In this document: positions 48,440 to 61,768 of the stretch, piece after piece
Numbering within the stretch: position 1 is the stretch's first letter
Layout: the number at the start of each line of letters is the position of its first letter
The notes under the pieces: model-generated
The model's input: the letters and a program-made list of their open reading frames with translations, nothing else
Database searches by the model: none
What the model was told of the DNA's origin: nothing
Translations under genes and position numbers: made by a program
Source of the DNA: Felis catus
Taxonomy: Eukaryota
Length of the DNA: 64,000 bases
NCBI RefSeq assembly: GCF_018350175.1
Contig: NC_058368.1
Location: 158,288,001-158,352,000 of the forward strand
Direction of reading: 5' to 3'

Positions 48440-48890
48440 CATCATGTGGCCCCTAAATAATCTGTTAAGAATACAACATCACTTCTGTAAAATTCCTGCC
48501 AATGATGCACAACCTGAATCTCATCATGAAAAACAGCAGAAAATAAAAAATGGAGGACATTCTATTAAGAAAAGTGGCCTGTACTCTTCAAAAATGCCAA
48601 GGTCAAGAAAGAAAAAAGTTGAGGAACTGTTTAAGGAAGCAAAGAAAAAAAAAACACAAAACTAAACATGGGTGACAATACAATGTGATCCTATATTAAA
48701 TCCTGAATGAGAATTTTTTTTTCTTTTGCTATATAGTATTGCGACAACTGGAAAACTGAAATCAACTTTACAGATAAAAGGATTGTATCAATTTCATTTC
48801 ATAAGTTTGATAATTATACTGTGCTTACACAAGTCAACATTCTTGTTTTTATGAAAATATCACACTGAACTATTTCAGGGTACAACTACC
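48440..48890 (+). mobile_element. Old L1 (L1MC/L1ME-like) 3' UTR fragment
   Basis: AACATCACTTCTGT...CCTGAATCTCATCATGA...GGACATTCTA...CTCTTCAAAAATG; boundaries approximate. Confidence 0.55.
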
Positions 48891-48909
48891 TTCAGCTAAG
48901 AAAAAATAC

Positions 48910-51900
48910 AAGCTCCTCTGGATCCAAGAGGGCAGCACCCCCTCCTGTGAATACACCAAATCTATACCTACATATGGAGGGTACCTGTTGGGATGAGCAC
49001 TGATGTTGTATGGAAACCAATTTGACAATAAATTTCATATTAAAAAAAAAAAACTATGCCTACATATAGAACAACTCCTCCTGAAAAAAGAACGGAGGGC
49101 TGCCTGAATAGCTTCTGCACAACAAATCACAGAGGGACCACACAAAGAAGGCAGAGACAGAGACAAGATAATAAAAGGAACCCCAACCTAACACAGTGAG
49201 GGAAGGATATTACCAGAGGCTCCACAGGCAGACTTGCCTGCCCTTGGAAATGACAAATAGAAATCTACAGGACAACTAGATTATAAGTGAAGAAAATCCA
49301 GGGACTAATTCTAGAGAATCTACCAAAGAGTGGGGAAATTTCTAGAACTCTCTGCAGTCATAGGCTCTGGTGAGCATCACTGTTTATATTCCCCCTAAAC
49401 CATGATATTGTGGACAGGAGCTGGGTTCAGTCACTATAGCCAGCTGGCTAGAGACACCCCAGCAAGTCTAAGGACCCTAGCCCACACCAGCTCCAGATGT
49501 CCTGCTAGGGTGGCCCCAGAACGGTACCCTGGGACCCTCCTGGCTTATGCTCACTCTAGCCCCAGCCATCTTGCCATTGGCAGCCTTAGGGCAGGGTAGC
49601 CTAGGACCCCATGGACTGCACCTGTTCCCACTCCAGGTCTAGACATTCCACCAGGGCTGCATCCCCTCCAACTCCAGCTGTTTCCAGGGTGGCCCAGGGA
49701 AAGAACGCTCCAGAACCTCAAGCCCATGCACACTCCAGCTCCAGCTATTCCACCAGGGCAGCCACAGCACAGAATGTTTGGGAACTCTGGGCCCATTCCC
49801 AACCCAGCTCCAGCCATCCCACCAAGACAACCTTGGTGCAATTTGCCCTAGGACACTCCCCGCCATCCCACTTCAGCTTCTGCTGGACAGCCAAAACCAC
49901 TAGGCACACACAATCTACACAGGGGATGCTCCCGTGTAAGGCCAGTCCATTAAAGACCAGGAGAAAGTAGCTCTTCCACCTAACTCATAGAAATATACAT
50001 ATGAAATGAAACAAACTAAAGAAACAGAGGATTATAATTCCAACAAAAGAAAATGAGAAAATTACAGAAAAAAACTCTAATGAAATACAGGTAAATAATT
50101 TACCTGATAAAGAGTTCAAAGTAATGGTCATAGAGAGGTTCACTGAACTAAGGAGAAGAATGGAAGAACACAGTGAGAACTTCAATAAATATTCAGAAAA
50201 TGTAAGAAAGTACCAGATAGAAGTCACAGAGCTGAATAACAACTTAAATGAAAAATACAACAGAAACAATCAGCAGCAGATTAGACGATACAGAGCAGAT
50301 CAATAATCTGGAAAATAGAATAGTGGAAATCACCCAATCAGAATAGCAAAAAGAAAAAATAATTAAAAATGAGGATAGGATATAAGGGACCTGTGGTGCA
50401 ACATCAACTGACAAACATTCACATTATAGTGGTCCCAGAAGGAGAAGAGGGAAAGAAAGGGGCAGAAAACGTATTTAAACAAATAATGGTTAAAACTTCA
50501 CAATGCTGAGGAAGGAAATAAACATCCAGGTCCAAAAAGCACAGAAACTGCCAAACAAGATGAATCCAAAGAGATTCACACCAAGACATACTATAATTAT
50601 AATGTTAACAGTTAAAGAGAAAATATTAAAGGCAGCAATATAAAAACAAAATGTCACAAAGAAGGGAAACCCATAAGACTATCAGCTGATTCTTCAGCAC
50701 AAACTTTGCAGACCAGAAGGGAGTGAAAGAATATATTTAAAGTGCTGAAAGGGAAAAACTTAAAGCCAAAATAACCCACCAAGCAAGGTTAATATTCAGA
50801 AAAGAAAGAGAGAGAAAGAGTTTCTAGCACAAGCAAAAGATAAAGGAGTTCATGACAACTATCCAACATTATAAGAAATATTAAGGAATCTTCTTTAAGA
50901 AAAAAACAAAAGGCCATAATTAGAAATAAGAAAAAGGGAACTACAAGCCAATCTCTCTAATGAATATAAATGCAAATATCCTCAATAAAATATTAACAAA
51001 CCTAATCCAACAATACATTTAAAAAAAATCATACACCACCATCAAGCCAGATTTATTCCCAGGATGCAAAGGTGGTTCAATATTCACACACTCACACAAA
51101 AATTAACATATGTCACATTAATAAGAGAAAAGATAAAAAACCCTATGATCATTTCAATAGATACAGAAAAAAACACTGAGCAAAGTACATCAATCCGTGA
51201 TAAAAACCATCTGCAAAGTAGGTCTAGAGGGAACATGCCTCAATATAGTAAAGGCCTTATGTGCAAAACCCACAACCAACATCATACTCAATGGTAAAAA
51301 ACTGAGAGCTTTTTCTCTAAGGTCAGGAAAAAGATAAGGATGTCCACTCTCACCAGTTTTATTCAACATAGTACTGGAAGTCCTAGCCACAGCAATTAAA
51401 CATAAAGAAATAAAAGGCATCCAAATTGATAAGGAGGAAATAAAACTCTCATTATTTTCAGATGACATGATACCATACATAGAAAACCCTGAAGACACGA
51501 CTAAAAAAAAAAACTACTTACTAGAAGTGATAAATGAATCCAGTGAAGTCACAGGATATAAATCAATGGACAGAGATCTGTTACACCTCTATACACTAAT
51601 AATGAAACAGGAGAAAGTGAAATTAAGAAAACAATCTATTTACAATTGCACCAGAAACAATAAAATATCTAGGAATAAACTTAAACAAACAGGTGAAAGA
51701 GCTGGACTCTGAAAATATAAAACACTGATGAAAGAAATTCAAGACAATGGAAAGAAATGGAAAGACATTCCATGCTCATGGAATGGAAGAATACTGTTAA
51801 AATGTCTACAGCACCCAAAGCAATCTACGGATTTAATGCAATTCCAATTAAAATACCAATTGCATTTTTCATAGAGTTAGAACAAACAATCCTAAAATTT

Positions 51901-52860
51901 GTATGAAACAAAAGACCTCTTGAAAAAAAATCTTGAAAAAGAAAAACAGAACTGGAGGTGTCACAATGCCAGATTTCAGGTTATATTACAAAATGGGAGT
52001 AATTAAAGCAGTATGGTACTGGTATAAAACAGTGTTGGGAAAACTGGACAGCTACATGCAAAAGAATGACCTGGGCCACTTTCTTTCACCATACACAATA
52101 ATAAACTCAAAATGGATTAAAGACGTAAATGTGAGACCTGAAACGATAAAAATCCTAGAAGAGAGCACAGGCAGTTGCCCACAACAACATTTTTCTAGAT
52201 GTCTCCTGAGGCAAGGGAAATAAAACCAAAAATAAATGATTGGGACTACATAAAAATAAAAAGGTTCTTCACGGTGAAGGAAACAACCAACACAACTAAA
52301 GCGCAACCTACAGAATGGGAAATATTTGCCAATGACATATCCAATAAAGGGTTAGTATCCAAAATATATAAAGAACTTATAACTCAACACCCAAAAAATG
52401 ATCCAATTAAAAAGTGAGAAGACATGAACAGACATTTCTCCAAACAAGACATACAGATGGCTAACAGACACATGAAAAGATGCTCAACATCACATATCAG
52501 GGAATTGCAATTCAAAACTACAATGAGATTTCACCTTACACCTGTCAGAAGGGCTAGCATTAAAAACCCAAGAAACAAGTGTTGGCAAAGATGTGGAGAA
52601 AAAGGAACCTTTGTGCACTATTGGTGAAAATGCAAACTCGTGCAGCCACTGTGGATCGCAGTATGGAGATTCCTCAAAAACTTAAAAATAGAACTACCCT
52701 ATGATCCAGTAATCACAGTAGTGGGTATCTACCGAAGGAATATGAAGACACTAATTTGAAGGGACACATGAATCGTAATGTTTATAGCAGCATTATTTAC
52801 AATAGCCAAATTAGGAAAACAGCCCAAGTATCCATCAAGAGATGAATGGATACAGATGTG

Positions 52861-52905
<45 letters not shown>

Positions 52906-53202
52906 AACATTACTCAGCCATAAAAAGGAATGAAATCGTGCCATTTCCAAAGATGTGGATGGAGCTAGGGAGTATAATGCTAAGTGAAGTAAGTCAGTCA
53001 GAGAAACACAAATACCATATGATTTCATTCATATGTGGAATTTAAGAAACAACAACAAAAAATGAGGAAAAGGAAAAAGATAGAAACAAACCACAAAGTA
53101 GCCTCTTAGCTATAGAGAACAAACTGATGTTTACCAGATGGAAGATGGGTGGGGGGATGGGTGAAATAGGTGATGGGGAATCAAGAGTACACTTACCATG
53201 AT
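48910..53202 (+). mobile_element. Long L1 with 5' UTR tandem repeats, ORF1, internally deleted ORF2 and 3' UTR
   Basis: GC-rich repeats 49460-49880; ORF1 peptide MVIERFTELRRRMEEHSENFNK (50124); RT/C-terminal ORF2 fragments 50940-53040; (GT)n at 52863-52902. Confidence 0.9.
48976..49053 (+). mobile_element. 78-bp young L1 3'-end insertion nested in the older L1 5' UTR
   Basis: GGGATGAGCACTG...TTTGACAATAAATTTCATATT(A)n; TSD CTAT(A/G)CCTACATAT at 48962-48975 and 49054-49067. Confidence 0.88.
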
Positions 53203-53291
53203 GAAAAGAAAAGAAAAGAATAGAAAAGAATAGAAAAGAAAAGAAAAGAAAAGAAAAGAAAAGAAAAGAAAAGAAAAGAAAAGAAAAGAAA
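53203..53291 (+). repeat. (GAAAA)n pentanucleotide repeat
   Basis: Direct reading. Confidence 0.95.
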
Positions 53292-54070
53292 ATAACAAGA
53301 GTAGGCAAGAATGTTGAGAAAATGGAAGGCTCCATTTTCCTATTGGTGAGAACGTAAATTGATGCAGTCACTATCATAAATAGTACGTAGATTGCTCACA
53401 AAATTAAAAATAGAACTCCAATATGGATCCAGCAATTCCACTTCTGGGTATTTATTCAAAGAAAATGAAAACATACATCTGAAGAGATACATGCGCCTGT
53501 ATTGTTCACTGCAGTATTGTTTAATCATAGCAAGATACAGAAGCAACCTAAATGTCTATTGATAAATGGATGAAGAAGATGTGGTGTGTGTATGTCTATA
53601 CATATACAATAGTATACACATACACAAATATACATACACACACACAGTGGAGTATTAACCATAAAAAAGAATGAACTCTTCCCATGTGCAATTAACAGAC
53701 ATAGACCTAGAACATATTATGTCAAGTGAAGTAAGTCATACAGATAAAGACAGATACAACTAGATTTCACCTATATGTGTAATCTGAAAAACAAAACAAA
53801 CAAAACAGAAAGACTCATAAATAAGGAAACAGGGGGTGGAGACAGGGGATGAAATAGGTAAAGAAGATTAAAAGATAAAAACTTCGTTATAAAATAAGTA
53901 AGTCATGGGATGTAATTTACAGCATAAAGCATATTGTCAATAATGTAATACCTTTATTTAGTGACAGATGGTAACAGGACTTATCATTGTTATCATTTTG
54001 TAATGCATAAAATACATTGAATCAGAAGGATTTACACCTAAACTATTAGGATATTAATTATACTTCAACA
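53292..54070 (+). mobile_element. Older L1 3' fragment
   Basis: AAAAATAGAACTCCAATATGGATCCAGCAATTCCACTTCTGGGTATTTA...L1MA/MB-like 3' UTR. Confidence 0.8.
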
Positions 54071-54840
54071 ATATATGTTATTTAGAGACCATATAAAACA
54101 TATAGATATAGAGAGTATATTTTTTTTAACTGTTGGGTATTTTGGATTACACATGGAAAGGTTTTATCTTAGGTTGTATACACATACTTTGGGTTATAAC
54201 TGTAAAGACACAGAGGAGAAAAGGGGAGGGAGGAGGAGAACAAGAATGATAAAGCAAATGTGGTTAAGAGTTAACATACATGTTATCCTGGGTAAAGAAT
54301 CTTTGTGTTCTTCTTGCAACTTCTCTGTAAGTGTGAAATTATTTCAAAGTAAATTTTTTTACATACGGCCTATCAAGTCAATCAAGTTGCCACATCTCCT
54401 TTCCACTGATGTCTCTCTGAAGTGTTAAAGCTGAAGAACAGGTCCCAGGATCTAACTTGGACTTCCAAGAGATCTGTCTCTCTCATAATCTCCAGAAGTC
54501 ACCTAAACGTTTATGCCCTCAGTGAAAACCCAAATGCCAGGCACTATTGTAATTTAGCAGTGGTCGCTTCAAGTCAGTAACTGGAAATTACCATCCTATC
54601 AAACTACACAATGTGAGAATGTCAAAATAATTACATATAATCAGCTTTAGTGAGATGAACCAAGGTTTAAAGCCACTGTTATCTTTTGGGAAGACAGTGT
54701 TGTGTAATCACCTTTATAGGATACATAGCTTTCATTGAAATATTTCAGCATCTATTAAGAGCACGCTGAAAAACAAGATTTCATCGTACAAGGCAGGTGG
54801 CACCTAGGCAACAAAATGAGCTTTTCTCTATGAATGTTAC

Positions 54841-54995
54841 CCAGTTTCTGAGGCGTCATCAGGTCCTTTCCTGTAGTGCTCTTGCTTCATGTGTACATTC
54901 CTCCCTCTCACCGTGATGGTTATCAGGGGAAAGCCTTTTTGCAGCGTCCACGTGTTCATCATGGTTTTCACATCAAGGCCTTCCTGACGCCAGTG
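54841..54995 (-). CDS. ERAP1: ERAP1 exon 11 equivalent (HWRQEGLDVKTMMNTWTLQKGFPLITITVRGRNVHMKQEHYRKGPDDASETG)
   Basis: aatcag|CAC...GG|gtaaca; 155 nt. Confidence 0.95.
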
Positions 54996-55513
54996 CTGAT
55001 TTATACACAGAAAAAAACCGACATGTGACCACTCGCCCAACTCTAATAGAGAACCCAAGCTTGCGCTCACAGGGTTACTTCCTGTTGAGAACCTCTGTGA
55101 GGCTTTTTCCTCATCCCTTCCTTGGCTCATCAGACCCTGTCCTCCTCCCTTCCCCACACTGTCTTCTGCCATAGCATTCCCACTAGAGCACTGATTACTT
55201 CTTTTCATTCTCTTCCTCTATCTACATGTGTAGGTCATGTCTTGAGAGCATGTATCTGGTTCTACCAGGCATACTTTGGGCTTGGCACACCGCACAAAGC
55301 AGGCATGGGAATGAAGGCAGAGAAGGGAGACAAAATGGCCAGGCATTCAACACCTATATATCATTACCGGCTCCCAGAGAAGCAAGGCAGGGCGGGAGGG
55401 GGCGGAAATCATCAGTCAACAGCCTGTACTTCCTAAGTGGTAACATCAAGATAGTCCACACTCAACAGTCATAAACTCAAAGGAGAATACATTTTTGATA
55501 CTAAAAAAGCTTT

Positions 55514-55980
55514 TGGAAAGAGCCTAAATGCCCATCAATTGATGAATGAATAAATATGTGGTTTATATATACAATGGAATAGTACTTAGCAATGAGAAAA
55601 AATGAAATCATGCCATTTGCAGCAACATGGATGGAAATGGAAGGTATTATGCTGAGTGAAATAAGTCAGCCAAAGAAGGACAGATATCATCTGCTTTCAC
55701 TCATGTGGAACTTGAGAAACTTAACAGAAGACCATAGGGGAAGGGAAGGGGAAAAAATAGTTACAAACAGAGAGGCAGGGAGGCAAACCACAACAGACTC
55801 TTAAATACAGAGAACAAACTGAGGGTGGATGGGGGGGTTGGGGAGAGGGGAAAGTGGATGATGGGCAATGAGGAGGGCACTTGTTGGGATGAGCACTGGG
55901 TGTTGTATGTAAGCCAATTTGATAATAAATTATATTAAAAAAAAAGAAAGATAACACTCAAAAATAAAAAAAAATAAAAA
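55514..55980 (+). mobile_element. 5'-truncated L1 3' end
   Basis: MRKNEIMPFAATWMEMEGIMLSEISQ ORF2 tail, G-rich 3' UTR, A tail. Confidence 0.9.
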
Positions 55981-56785
55981 ACCTTCTAAAGATATTTAAG
56001 AGCTAGTAAAAAAAAAGACAAAACATGCTACATAATAATCTAGAAATTACTGAATAAAGCGATCTCTAAAAACCAAAAGCCAAAAAATTAAAATATGGTG
56101 AATAAAATTTAGTTGAATCTGTGGATTTAACCTCCACCACCTAGGAAAATATTCCACAAGTCCAGATAAACAGACTCACATTGTTTTGTGACTCAAATAT
56201 TATGAATTCTTTACAGCTTAACAGTTAAACACATGAATTAAATCTAAATTCAGATCCCACTCTGTAATTTACTAAGCATAGGCTTTTGGATTCCATACTC
56301 CCAATCTGTTAAAATAGAAGTAAAAGTACCCCACTCATGGTCTTATTCTGTAAAGTAAAGGAGGTAATGTACCTAAGTGCTTATTAGCACTTGCCTGACA
56401 CATAGTAAGCTCTCCAGAATGCTCACTGCCCTTATTTGTTGTTTCACAAATGAAGACCTATGGAAATGATCCATATAGCCTGACTGATACAGACCCCGTC
56501 TACCATAGAAACATGCCATACATCCACTGCTTTACAGAGAATGAAGCTCAACAAATCAGTACCAGTGATATGTGTTACCCAAGAATGCTATTCAACTCCC
56601 TTGTGTAGATAGTTCTCAAAAGAAATTATAAAAGACTGTCGGTCTGGTATAGTTTAAACACAATCTTTTGTAGAGAAGAATGACAGAATGAAGGGCCTCA
56701 AAGAGTTTGGCACAGAGGTTTCTTTCAAAGAATGCGGACTCAAAATATGTGCTTAGGGGTAGCATGTAGAGATCTAACAACTTAC

Positions 56786-56857
56786 TGAGGATGAGGATGA
56801 ATGTGCACCCCTGGAGCAAAAGCCATCCATTCTTTGTGTGTCATCGGCAGGACAAAT
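56786..56857 (-). CDS. ERAP1: ERAP1 exon 10 equivalent (ICPADDTQRMDGFCSRGAHSSSSS)
   Basis: ttttag|ATT...TCA|gtaagt; 72 nt; two Cys of the ERAP1-specific loop. Confidence 0.94.
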
Positions 56858-57009
56858 CTAAAAACCAAAAATAAACATATTATTCTCGGTTCTGTAGAAA
56901 ACACTCATGATTCTGCTCAGATGGATTAATATGGCATAGGAAAAACAAAACAAAACATGATAATAAGCCTGTGGATTCCGAAAATAGAGATAAATAAAAC
57001 CATACTCAC

Positions 57010-57141
57010 ACTTGCCATACTATTCCACAGGTCCTCATTTTTTGTGTTTTTATAGCTATACTTCTGGAGATACTGTACAATACCACTTTTAAATGCATCA
57101 GCACTGAGATAATCCCTTAGCATATTCAGAATACAAGCTCC
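57010..57141 (-). CDS. ERAP1: ERAP1 exon 9 equivalent (GACILNMLRDYLSADAFKSGIVQYLQKYSYKNTKNEDLWNSMAS)
   Basis: ttttcag|GGA...AGT|gtgagt; 132 nt. Confidence 0.96.
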
Positions 57142-57714
57142 CTGAAAAGACAATGTCAAGCATGGTTATAGTTTAATCATCTAACCCACCATCACACTTT
57201 AAAAAAATTTTTTTTAAAGAAAGTAGGTTAAACCTAAACCTGTCTAGGGAGGGAATTGAACAGGACTGTTTTTGTTCTTTCTCAGTCCACTAAGCAGCCA
57301 AGTCTCCCACAGGACAAACTAACATCATGGCCCATTCCCATTACTCACAGGTCAGCAAACGGTGCAGCATCAACACTGAACCCTGGACCACCACCTGCCT
57401 TCCCCACTGCCATTCTAGTGCAGCAGTGGGGGCAGAAGGTCCAAGAGGTAGAAGCAGAGGTACCAGTTAAGGAAGGGAAGGGAGCACAGACAGCTGGAGC
57501 ATAGAAGGCAAGAGTAACAATGAGAAAAGAGAATTCCTACATACCCTGTGTTCCTGGGTTAAGAGCTCTTTTCCCCTCCACCCCCATTCATGTGGATTGT
57601 AGATCACAAACTCAAATGCCTCTAATGGATAAGGGACATAAATGAGGGAATTCATTCAAGGGTAAAAAAAAAAATTTCTGTTTAGGTTGTTTCTTCCCCT
57701 CCACTTCTTTTTTC

Positions 57715-59183
57715 TTTTTTTTTTTCAATATATGAAATTTATTGTCAAATTGGTTTCCATACAACACCCAGTGCTCATCCCAAAAGGTGCCCTCCTCAAT
57801 ACCCATCACCCACCCTCCCCTCCCTCCCACCCCCCATCAACCCTCAGTTTGTTCTCAGTTTTTAAGAGTCTTTTATGCTTTGGCTCTCTCCCACTCTAAC
57901 CTCTTTTTTTTTTTTCTTCCCCTCCCCCATGGGTTTCTGTAAAGTTTCTCAGAATCCACATATGAGTGAAAACATATGGTATCTGTCTTTCTCTGTATGG
58001 CTTATTTCACTTAGCATCACACTCTCCAGTTCCATCCACGTTGCTACAAAGGGTCATATTTCATTCTTTCTCATTGCCATGTAGTACTCCATTGTGTATA
58101 TAAAGCACAATTTCTTTATCCATTCATCAGTTGATGGACATTTAGGCTCTTTCCACAATTTGGCTATTGTTGAGAGTGCTGCTATAAACATTGGGGTACA
58201 AGTGCCCCTATGCCTCAGTACTCCTGTATCCCTTGGGTAAATTCCTAGCAGTGCTACTGCTGGGTCATAGGGTAGGTCTACTTTTAATTTTCTGAGGAAC
58301 CTCCACACTGTTTTCCAGAGTGGCTGCACCAGTTTCCATTCCCACCAACAGTGCAAGAGGGTTCCCGTTTCTCCACATCCTCTCCAGCATCTATAGTCTC
58401 CTGATTTGTTCATTTTGGCCACTATGACTGGCGTGAGGTGATATCTGAGTGTGGTTTTGATTTGTATTTCCCTGATGAGGAGCGACGTTGAGCATCTTTT
58501 CATGTGCCTGTTGGCCATCCGGATGTCTTCTTTAGAGAAGTGTCTATTCATGTTTTCTGCCCATTTTTTCACTGGGTTATTTGTTTTTCGGGTGTGGAGT
58601 TTGGTGAGCTCTTTATAGATTTTGGATACTAGCCCTTTGTCCGATATGTCATTTGCAAATATCTTTTTCCATTCCGTTGGTTGCCTTTTAGTTTTGTTGG
58701 TTGTTTCCTTTGCTGTGCAGAAGCTTTTTATCTTCATAAGGTCCCAGTAATTCATTTTTGCTTTTAATTCCCTTGCCTTTGGGGATGTGTCGAGTAAGAG
58801 ATTGCTATGGCTGAGGTCAGAGAGGTCTTTTCCTGCTTTCTCCTCTAGGGTTTTGATGGTTTCCTGTCTCACATTCAGGTCCTTTATCCATTTTGAGTTT
58901 ATTTTTGTGAATGGTGTGAGAAAGTGGTCTAGTTTCAACCTTCTGCATGTCCAGTTCTCCCAGCATCATTTGTTAAAGAGACTGTCTTTTTTCCATTGGA
59001 TGTTCTTTCCTGCTTTGTCAAAGATGAGTTGGCCATACATTTGTGGGTCTAGTTCTGGGGTTTCTATTCTATTCCATTGGTCTCTGTGTCTGTTTTTGTG
59101 CCAATACCATGCTGTCTTGATGATTACAGCTTTGTAGTAGAGGCTAAAGTCTGGGATTGTGATGTCTCCTGCTTTGGTCTTCT
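57715..59183 (-). mobile_element. Young 5'-truncated feline L1 (ORF2 C-terminal third plus 3' UTR)
   Basis: 294-aa open ORF2 fragment 58054-58938 incl. [16 protein letters not shown]; imperfect TSD TCCAC(TTC/CTT)TTTTTTC at ~57700 and ~59184. Confidence 0.96.
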
Positions 59184-59547
59184 TCCACCTTTTTTTTCAA
59201 TGTAACTTTCTAATTCCCAAGAACATCCTTCTTCTCCCCTCAGACCCCTCTATTCACTTCCTGTATATACTATCTTCTCTTAAATCTTTTTTCTAAGCAA
59301 TAATGATTCCATTGACCCTGAAAGCCCTTCCTACTTCCTTTTCTTCCTAGAAAGAAATCACCCTTTAAGAAGTACAAAATCTCCTTTTCTGAGAGAATTT
59401 CTTATATCTTCTCAAGACATAGACTGTCCCTTTTTCTGTGGCTCTAGGGGATGGTGGGGATAACAGGCAAAGTCGGGATCCCTGAACATCGACATGGAGT
59501 GCATATCTCTGCCAAAAGAATGGATACTTTTTAAAGTTTTTATTGAT

Positions 59548-59747
59548 GGGGTGCCTGGGTGGATCAGTTAATAAGCTGCTGACTCTTGGTTTCTGCTCAG
59601 ATCATGATCTTACAGTTGTTGAGTTCAAGCCCCATGTTGGGGCTATCAGTACAGAGCCTGCTTGGGATTATCTCTCTCCCTCTTTCTCTGCCCCTTCCCC
59701 ACTCACACTTGCTCATTCTCTCAAAATAACTAAATAAACTTTTAAAA
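59548..59747 (+). mobile_element. CanSINE
   Basis: GGGGTGCCTGGGTGG head; AAGTTTTTAT(T/G)GA on both sides. Confidence 0.88.
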
Positions 59748-59763
59748 AACACAAATATTTGAA

Positions 59764-60660
59764 GTTTTTATGGAGGTATAATTTACATGTAACAGTTTCA
59801 GGTGTATAGTGATTAAATATTTGTATATACTGTGAAGTGACTACTACAATAAGTCTAGTTAACATCTGTTACCACATAGAGTTACAATTTTTCTTTTGAT
59901 GTGGACTTTTAAGATGTACTCTTAGCAACTCCCCAATATGCAATACAGTATTATTAACTATATAGTACATGCTGTAAATTACATCCCAGTGACTTAAAGG
60001 TTTTCTAACTAAAAATATGTACCCTTTTAACCCCCTTCACCCACTGACAACCACCAATCTCTTCTGTGAAAGGTGAAGTTTTTTGTTTTTTAAGAATACC
60101 ACATGGGGCACCTGGGTGGCGCAGTCGGTTAAGCGTCCGACTTCAGCCAGGTCACGATCTCACTGTCCGTGAGTTCGAGCCCGCGTCGGGCTCTGGGCTG
60201 ATGGCTCAGAGCCTGGAGCCTGTTTCCGATTCTGTGTCTCCCTCTCTCTCTGCCTCTCCCCCGTTCATGCTCTGTCTCTCTCTGTCCCAAAAATAAATAA
60301 ACATTGAAAAAAAAATTTAAAAAAAAAAACAAAAAAAAAAAGAATACCACATATAAGCAAAATCATATGGTATTTGTCTTTGACTTATTTCACTTAGCAT
60401 AATGCTCTCAAGGTCCATCCACACTGTCCAAAGGGTAAAATGTCATTCTTTCTTGTGGGTGAATAATATTCTGTTGTATATACATATCACATTTTTCATC
60501 CATTCATTCATTGATGGACACCTAGGTTGCTTCCTTATCTTCATTATTGTAAATAGTGCTATAATGAGTATGAAGGTGTGTATTATCTTTGAATTCGTGT
60601 TTTTGTTTTCTTTAAACACTCAGAATTGCTGAATCACACGGTAGTTCTATTTTTTAATTC
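59764..60660 (-). mobile_element. Older L1 3' fragment interrupted by a SINE
   Basis: Antisense L1 3' UTR/ORF2 end (GACTTATTTCACTTAGCATAATG, CATTCATTCATTGATGGACA). Confidence 0.8.
60105..60339 (+). mobile_element. Young feline-type SINE (SINEC_Fc-like)
   Basis: GGGGCACCTGGGTGGCGCAGTCGGTTAAGCGTCCGACTTCAGCCAGG; long A tail; exact TSD AAGAATACCACAT at 60092-60104 and 60340-60352. Confidence 0.96.
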
Positions 60661-61768
60661 TGCACAAAGAGCAATGGAGCTGCCCTACGCATGTAGTTCT
60701 ATTATAAATATATAATGTGTGTGTGTGTGTGTTTTTTCTTTTAGAGGCAGAGAGTGCGGGAGCAGGAGAGGAGGCAGAGAAATAGAATCTTAAGCAGACA
60801 CCACATCCAGCATAGAGCTAGACACAGGGCTCAGTCCCACAACCGTGGGACAGCCATTAATTGAAGAGACTCTCATTTTCCCATTGTATATTCTTGGCTC
60901 TTTTTTCATAGATAAAAAAAAAAAAATAACCATATGTGTGGGTTTGTTTTTGGGTTTTCTATTTTGTTCCACCAAGTTATGTACTTGTGTGTTGTTTTTA
61001 TCACCCCTGAACTACTTATGGAAACATCGAAGAAATACCGTTCTGTTTACTACAAATAAAACAGTCTAGTACAATGATAATGACCTTCTCTGCCCGTTAA
61101 AAACAATGGAAACAGTTGGGAATGGAAAAAGAATTGGAAAAGCATCCTTGATCTCATGAAGAAGGAACTATGACTTTATCTCCAGGTTGCATTGCCAAGG
61201 GAAATTACCCAGGTTCCATGTAACCAGTGTCATAAGAATCCTTTTTTTTTTTCTTTTTTCTTGTCCAGAGAAGCCAGATATCAAGATTTTTATGTAAAAT
61301 TTCCCACTAGATGTTAGCAACCATTTCCAATTCTGTATTAAACACACTGTATAGGACAGTATTTTGCAGTTCAACAATATAAACCATTTTTGAAGGCAGT
61401 GAAAGGCAAGCTACATGGGGCATGGATTTTTGCCTGGTACAACAGTTATGCTCAATCAAGGCCTATTTGTTGAATGATAAATAAAATACAAAGTTATTGT
61501 AGACCATGGATTTTCACTTTATGACAGAGTAAATGACAAACTGACTATAATATAATCTTTAGGATCACAAACCAAACTTCAAGTTAAGCCTTAAAGAGTC
61601 AAGTTTAAGTTTTACTTAAAGTTAAGCCCCTGCCAGCATGGGACAGCATAAAAGGCATTCCATCTGGGTTGTTCCTTATGGAAAGCCACCCCACAACCCT
61701 CTGTCATCTCTCCACCAAAGTCTTTATAAGTTTGATGTCTAAAATGTACCCTTATAATCCATTTTTAC

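Noticed and set aside
49460..49880. GC-rich ~70-nt imperfect repeats and several overlapping ORFs; array-like
   Set aside because: Tandem repeats of the L1 5' UTR; no constant repeat/unique spacer structure
55380..55410. GC-box cluster GGGCGGGAGGGGGCGG in ERAP1 intron 10
   Set aside because: Short motif with no CpG island or other support
58054..58938. Longest ORF (294 aa) as a host gene
   Set aside because: L1 ORF2 C-terminal fragment with premature stop and no promoter
60105..60190. tRNA-like A and B boxes
   Set aside because: tRNA-derived SINE head followed by (CT)n and A tail, not a tRNA gene
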